Below, one piece after another: positions 56,500 through 64,000 of a stretch of 64,000 nucleotides of DNA. A program made the translations under genes and the position numbers. The stretch spans positions 72,044,001 through 72,108,000 of the forward strand of contig NC_043009.1 in assembly GCF_006345805.1 (NCBI RefSeq), read 5' to 3'. Within the stretch, counting starts at the first letter, position 1; each line of letters begins with the position of its first letter. Source of the stretch: Octopus sinensis (Eukaryota). The notes below the pieces were generated by a model. The model was not told the origin of the DNA. It searched no databases and worked only from the letters and a program-made list of their open reading frames with translations.

Positions 56500-56805
56500 T
56501 TTAAATGAAAAGCAAAAGAGAATTTAGGCCATAAGGGACTCAAGTACGGAGGAAGAAAATTAATTCCTACTCCAGATGGAGACAGGAGTCTGAGTAGCCT
56601 CTGTGCAAGGCCAGTCTGAACACAGATAGATGTTGCTGAGAATAACCAGTTGAGTGTGATACAAGACTGGGATGTCATTACCAAGTCTGATGTCCCAAAG
56701 ATGTTCAGCAAAATGATCGACCAAATATTGACCAGTTTGTCCAATGTATGGGGAGTGGCAAAGCAAACAGAAGATGCAATAAATCAGATTACTGGAGGTG
56801 CAAGA
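56500..56805 (-). pseudogene. Penelope-like GIY-YIG endonuclease fragment
   Basis: Minus strand SSNLIYCIFCLLCHSPYIGQTGQYLVDHFAEHLWDIRLGNDIPV fits the PLE pattern 'N.IY.I.C..C...YIGQT...L..R..EH'. Confidence 0.85.
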
Positions 56806-58753
56806 GGAGTCATTGGACTGCAGCCATGTTGAGGCAAGACCATGAAGGGTTTAGTAAACAAAGAAAGAATAAGTACCAGTAAGCTTAGTCCTTGATCATT
56901 GATCTCTTGTGCCAACCTGCTAAGTTGCAGGACATAAACAAACCAATACTGGTGTCAAGTAGTGATGAGGACAAACAGAAAAATACACACACATATGCAT
57001 AAATATATACATAACGGGATTCTTTCAGTTTCCGTCTTCCAGATCAATTCACAAGGCTTTGATCAGCCTGGGGTTATAGTAGAAAACACTTGCCCAAAGT
57101 GACATGCAGTGGGAGTGAACCTGGGACGACATAGTTGGGAAGCAAACTTCTTACCACACAGCCACTCACACACACATAAGCAGAGTATATGATGTGCGGG
57201 TTTGGTTAAACGACGATGGGGATGGAAGATATAAAAAATAGCATTTTAGAAAAGACGACGAACAACAAAGGACTTTTAGATTAAAAGATAGAGTGAGAAG
57301 GGAAACATAAAATGTTTATGGGAGACAAAAATTTCAGTAAACAAACAGTATATTCCTATAAAGCTTTTAATGAGCGAGAAAAATTGGTTGAGAGAGCGAG
57401 AGAGAGAACGGATAAGATGAAACCGCGTAGAAAAGAGTTATCTCCCCTGCACTTGGCACTTTAAAAGACTTGGTTTTGTAAGAGTGTGTGTGTGTGTGTG
57501 TTTGTAAAAAGACATGATGCGCGCTTACGTAAAAATAGCTTTACTCGCCACTAACTCTGCAATGTTCAACGTGTAGTAAGCCCTGCTGTAGTAGAAATAT
57601 TGAAAAAGGCTTCACAATCACGGCTTTTCTTTTTGAGACATAGTGTATCTAGGACTGCACAATGTAATGTATCATTCTTTCGGTTTTTTTTTCATTTTAC
57701 TTGCTTGTTTGCTTGTTTTTAAGACAGTAGAGTCGAGTGTCTTCTCAGATTAATTACTTATAACAATTAAAAGTAACTCAATAACCGAGAAGTGACTAAA
57801 CTATTTCTCTGGTTTAGTAAGAGATTGAGCTAAAATGGTCCAAACACACTCATAATTCCCTACGGTTTCCACTAATACTTCCACACCTCTATTCCTTCAC
57901 GACCTTCAACATCACTAAAGCCACCACCATCACTTTGTCGAGAGCCACTGGAAGGATGCTTGAGAGCCGCCTGCTGCGCTGTGTGCCATGGTTTGCAACT
58001 ATTGTTTGTAGACTAAACACCACAACCAATATATCATCACTGAAACAACTATGAACCAAAGGAGAAGATGATAGATATGCTAGAAATAATAGTCAAATCT
58101 CCACATTATCTACCAGCTATGTTATAAAGAAAAAGGAAGGACTCAGCCTGAAATCTGTAAAAGAAAAGACAATCACAACAGTGCCTCTTTGATGATAGGT
58201 TTGTTTACTAAGATGAGACTAACAACAATAACATCACAACCATTCCACTACAGTTGCACACTTTTACCATGTCGGTGGGAGAGGTGACACAGCCAGTGCT
58301 TATTCTAGCACACTGGTCAAGCCATTACCGTAGCCTCAGAGTTCCAGGTCACATTCTTCCCCATTTGATGTCAGTTACCCCCAACCCTACTCTTTTTCCT
58401 CCCCACTCCAGCTTCTTTTCATTTGTGTTTTAGAAAATTTTTCCATCATTATTCTTTTACAGAGGCAATTATTGAAACAATTCATGAAACCAGATTAGTT
58501 TATTAATTACAATTAAATGAAAAAAAGAAATCTTATTTCATTAGATTTAATTTAAAAGCAAATAAATATACTTTTGGGAAGGCTAAATGCTCTTAATTGT
58601 CATGAAAACGAAAAACACAGAAGAAGACATTAGCAAAATGTTTGCAAACCAAAACCTCCACTTGGTTTAATGTCCAGAGTGGCCTGCATGCAAAGAAACT
58701 AAACTAAGGAATAAATCCAAATCAGTTTTGCTTCAAGGTTACCATGCTCGTGT

Positions 58754-58982
58754 TTAACCCTTTCGTTACTGAATTCATTTTGAGAATCCCTGTGTTTCTC
58801 TCAATTATTTTAGATATCGCAAAGAATTTAGTAAAATAACTTAGTCATCATTAAGTAAGTGTTAGGAACATTAATTGTGGTAAATGTTTGGTGGAAGATT
58901 TTAATTCAAACCTTATGAAAACAAGACATTTGTACTACAGAGCCAGGACCGGGTTCAGCCAGGGTGGTAACGAAAGGGCTAA
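58754..58982. mobile_element. piggyBac-type MITE family 2
   Basis: TTAA-CCCTTTCGTTAC..GTAACGAAAGGG-CTAA: perfect 12-bp TIR, one TSD mutated. Confidence 0.8.
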
Positions 58983-60344
58983 GAGACATCCTCATGTTTA
59001 AGTCAATTTCTCCACAACACAACTAAAGACACTTTGAACCAAACATGTTGTTAGAGAAGACAAAATCACTTGCTGGGACTACATATCATAATACTAGATT
59101 ATTTCTAAAAGCCCAATAATTGAGCCAAATGGGATTAGGTCTGAAGCAGAACTGAATTAAGTGTTAATTCATGACCCCCTCTATACAGTTGTGTATAAAT
59201 GGTAATTCATTTGATATGTATGTCTCCAACCCGTGCTAGCGCGGAAAACGGACGTTAAACGATGATGATGATGATGTGTGTGTGATGTGGTCACATGATC
59301 AACCAATGTATTGGATGTTATACATCCCTGGTCACAATGCACTTTACATTGTTTTTAGCTTCTGAACAATGCCACCCCACTGTCAAGGCAAGTAGACCAG
59401 CATTCCCCCTTGTGGCAGTGTTACCCATTTACAGCTGACTAGACTGGGGCAATGTGAAATGAAGTGTTTTGCTCAAGAACACAACACACATCCCAGTCGG
59501 GGAATCGAAACCAGGATCACATGACCATTCATACAGTAGACCTGACCACTATGCCTCGTACCTTTGCATACATACATCATCATCAACATCATCATCGTTT
59601 AACCTCCATCACTACTAACTTGGTCTCCTTGGTAACAGAAGCTGTCTACTGCTTCTCAGGATCTCCTGAGCATTTGCGGGAGAGCCTGCATGTGAAGATT
59701 TGTCTTTCACTGAAATTCTTCCCTAATCACACTGACATGGAGTTAGATAACAAAAACAGAAGCCAGTCAGTGACAAACTATAGACAGAACCATTTAATTG
59801 ATAGCCAAACCAATCTCTTTAACACTAAACCAACATTGTCCTACCTTCCTTGAGACCTTAACTGCTGCGAAAGCATTGAGCTTCTGTCATGACACAGTTG
59901 TCCAGGTCATTTAAATCTAGTGGAGCCAACCATGACCGTCCTGCCTGTTTCCAGGCTTAGAGTACCCCGACCCCCACTTTGGACCGCATTAATCAGTCTC
60001 CTTCTATTTAAGACAGTAGAGTATGATTAAAAGTGATCTGACAGCTATTTCTAGCAGGCTGAGCAACCTTGTAGTGGCCCTAAGTGGGGGAGTGTCAAGA
60101 ATAAATAAATAAAAAACCACCAAAGGTGACAATAGAACATTTTGCCAATTCGGTGGAGATTTCCAGCTCTTAGCCTCCACTTCTCCTTCCACCCTCCCAT
60201 TCCTCCTCTCTTGAAAGATAGCAGGAATTGTGATGGGAAGGGAGAGAGTGGACAGCAACAAGGAATTGTTCTGGAAATATTCCAAGAGATATTAACAGCA
60301 CTCAGGCGTAATACAGTGATTGATGTAGAAAGTAAGTGGGGAGG

Positions 60345-60391
<47 letters not shown>

Positions 60392-60961
60392 GGCAGTGAG
60401 TGTGAGAGTGTGTGTGTCAAAGGGAGCGAGCATGATATGGAATGAAGGAGATAAATGATCAAAGTATGGAGATAATTCTAAAGCAAATTGCAACCAAGTT
60501 TTAGAGAGAAAAAGTAATAAATAAATAATATCTTAGGAGAGAGGCTGAGAGATATAGAGTGAGAGAGAGAGAGAGAGAGAAATAGCAAGAGATGGGTGAT
60601 GTATAATAATGTGTATATGTAAGTGAAAATGTTGTAGTATTGAAAACTGTGATTATAACAAAATAAAAGGTTAATGTGATATCATCATCATCATCATCAC
60701 CATTGTTTAACATCCATTTTTCCATGCTTGCATGGGTCAGATGGAACCTGTTAATATAGCGTTTTTTTCTTTAACAACCGGATGCTCTTCCTGTCACCAA
60801 CCCATACCTGTTTTCAAACAAGTTAATATCCACCCCACCCCTTGACTAGACTTGTTCTTATAAAAAGACAGAAAGTAAATCAGAATCAATTGTATGACAA
60901 TGATGCCAAGACAAAGGTATGCACAACAATGCAATCACACACACAAACATACAAACATATA

Positions 60962-61261
60962 TAACACACCAGTAATTTTATGTTTGAAACAGCTGTCAAG
61001 AAAGTGTTGAATATGCAAACTGGTCTCCCAAGTTCACTTAAACCCATTAACATTAGCAGTTTGAGGGTGGTTAAGGAGGGAGTATTGCAGGTGAGGAACT
61101 TCTTAACTTGTATTGGAAAGTGTGGTAGATTCATCATAACATACAATGTCAGTTATTAAATCTATGAATTTGGTCTATAATATGTTATAGCAATGAAAGA
61201 AAAACATTGTTAACACACCAGTAATTTAATGTTCGAAACAGCTGCCAGGAAAGAGTTAAAT
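60962..61261 (+). repeat. ~50-bp direct repeats bounding a 300-bp segment
   Basis: TAACACACCAGTAATTTTATGTTTGAAACAGCTGTCAAGAAAG (60962) versus TAACACACCAGTAATTTAATGTTCGAAACAGCTGCCAGGAAAG (61211). Confidence 0.75.
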
Positions 61262-62084
61262 TTTATTCTCACAATTAGACTTGAAAAGAAAATATTTACA
61301 ATATCCAAATGAAAATTCTTTATTTTTTATGGAATCTTAAAGATGCAGGAAAATTTAAAAAAGAAAAGGTTTCCTGTCTTAAAATATTTCCGTTTCATTT
61401 GTAATAATTTTTAGTAACTTCTTTTTTTTTCTATTTTCACCTCTCCATCATTTACTCTTCTTTTATTCTCATTATCCTCCTTCACCTACCTTTCACTCTT
61501 TCATTCATTCATTTACTCTTCCACTCACTTTCTCTTTCCCACCTCATTTGTCTCTTTCATTTACTTGCTCCCTTCTCCTTGCCCCCACCCCCGATTCACT
61601 TTCTCTTTCACTCACTCTCCCTCCACACATTTTTATCTTACATGTCATACCCCAAACACTGTTTCGTTGTCTCTCCTGGAAATACCTCCATATATGTCTG
61701 CCTATTTACATAATAAACAAGAACAAAAGGAATGGATGCTTCAGGGTGTCACTACCCGTGCCTCCACAGCATGTTCGTTCAAAATACAAGTTCAACTGTG
61801 TAACTTAACAAATAGCATTATGTAGGTCCATAATTTCACAAACTGTCATTTCTTCAAGCAATACTCTGCCAAATATTTCTCAGGTGATACAGCACCAAAT
61901 ATTTTGGTGACATATAACAATTCCATGAGGGAAGCAAAAGTTTTGTAGTAAAACACAACAAACAAGAAGAATTTACAGTTTGAAGATTTTATGTTCAAAA
62001 TCAAACTTCTTGATTTCATGGTCAGCCAAATTTATACATGCCTTAAAAGGAGATCAGTTAGATATTCTCTCTCTCTCTCTCTCT

Positions 62085-62122
<38 letters not shown>

Positions 62123-64000
62123 AACTTCCACGGGCACACAACATAGCAGATAAAGACATTGGTTAATACAGTACAATCACCTAGAGTTTCTGAGTTCAAT
62201 CCCAGGCAAGGCACTGAAGAAATTCACATTATTCAAAAGTGTCATGAAGTGCAGAGAATGGAATGAGAAAAGTGTACCCTGTGGATCAAATAAAGGGTTA
62301 GGTTTGAAATTCTGGTACAACAGCCGATTTCAGCACAGGAGCCTTACAGCAGCCGAAACATAGAAAAAAACCCAGTCAAGATGGGGACACCAGTCCAAGT
62401 AATGTAAATTCTTCATCACAGAAATATAGAATTATGAATTGCAATAAAAGTGTTGGAAGATTGAGGACTGCCTTTTTGGGTCTCTTTTTATCAATGTGAG
62501 CCTGAAACTGAATGGTCACTATAAATTGGAAACTGTCTTTGGACAGAAATCATTTTTGATGCCATAACATCTTTGATACCTGGACAAAACCAGACAGATG
62601 ATTCTTGCTTTGGGGATATCATCCTACACTTGCTTGATAATCCGATGAAATTGCACAACTGTGGTTGGTTGGGGGCTGATGGTGATTCAACCATCTTCCT
62701 AGTTTATCCCCGAAATATTCCCTAGGGTTTAGATATGGATGGAGGAGTGGTAAGAGCATCACATCCACATTTTATTGCTATGGAAAATGTTGGGTGATCC
62801 TGGTAACGTGCAGCCTTGGGTTACCCTGAGCTGAGAAATGGAATCTGGCAAACAAGCTAAAAGAAAAACGTGGGTGGGGAGAGAGTGCGGTCTCCAAACT
62901 TGGTCAATGTAATCTTCTTGAAGAAGACTGACCTGCAAATTTAGACCAATCCCAACCCAAGTCATTATATTGGCACCTCTCCATTAGCCTCTCTATATCA
63001 CACAGGTATCATTCAACTGCTTTCCAAGTCAATGTCATATTATAACCCAATTATCAGTTCTGCTGACATTAGTGGCTCTCATCCAAGAGCAGTACACATC
63101 CTTGCTGCCACCTATTCTGGTTTATTCTCAATGTCATTTAGTCTGCTGATGTCTTCCAATGAGAATTGCAGATGACCAACAGTTCCATGACATTCTGCTG
63201 AACTTACTCTTGGCATTGTTGTTTCCTAAAACCAGCAAGAATATGAAATACTATCAGAGTGCCTATTTATTCATGGTTACCTGTGGAGGTGGGGGTGCTG
63301 GTATTAAATTGGGCTATAGATTAAGTCGACAATTCAAGAATAGGAATGGTCCAGCATACAGCTTCCTCACAGTTTCTGCCACATAAATTTTACTGGTGTG
63401 GCATTGATTGTCCCAATACAGGATTAAAAAAAAAAACGTTTACCTTAAGTGTTGCACAGTGGAATGAAATCCCAAATTCCCAAAGTTGTAAAGCATTCTT
63501 CCTAATGCCACAGTTATGTCTGCAGACATTGTTATAATTAGTAGAAGGGCCCCAGAGTCAATCAGCACAGAACTGTGTAGAAGTTAGCACCTCAAATGCA
63601 AAAGGAACCTGAGATAAGGAATAAAAAAAACCTCCAAGTGGTCAACTGTCCAGTTAGCATTAGTAATGAAATCTCTCTCTGAAATCACACCCTGCCATCT
63701 TAAAAGTAAGGAAAGGACACCTGAAACAGCATAGTTCTACATATCTTTAGAAAGAAAGGATGATTCAGGCAGGAATACCTTTCATCAAATCAGTCTACTT
63801 GATTAGAACAGGTGTGAGACCAAACAACAACAACATTACCGTCATCATCATCATCAGCAGCAGCAGCAACATCAAAAGACAGATGGCTTCTTAACAAAAA
63901 CAATTTTAATATACTTTTCTACTGTAGGCATTTTGGGGGAGGGGGAAGTCAATTAGATCAACCCCAGTATGCAACTGGTACTTAATTTATCCATCCCGAA

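Overview
AT-rich, microsatellite-dense eukaryotic non-coding DNA. The repeat families look like those of an octopus (coleoid cephalopod) genome; this is recognition, not a database result. No intact protein-coding gene is visible. Nearly all ORFs in the track are simple-repeat artefacts or decayed transposon pieces. Recognisable content: (i) many 3' ends of an RTE-clade LINE with a tandem-repeat 3' UTR and (GAT)n tail, plus an RTE endonuclease fragment; (ii) four R4/Dong-like RLE-LINE fragments, all on + and sitting in (TAA)n/(GAA)n tracts; (iii) Penelope-like RT and GIY-YIG remnants; (iv) several tRNA-derived SINE families; (v) TTAA (piggyBac-type) MITEs. Best leads: a minus-strand recursive-splice-like AG|GTGAGT site with a 49-nt cryptic exon (26752-26803), suggesting the window lies in a giant intron; a tRNA-headed short element carrying a Penelope-type minimal hammerhead motif (48930-49150, with an inverted, TSD-flanked copy at 40203-40336); a 315-bp spacerless palindrome (45358-45672); and an 862-bp local copy-paste duplication flanked by an 8-bp direct repeat (14828-15689).
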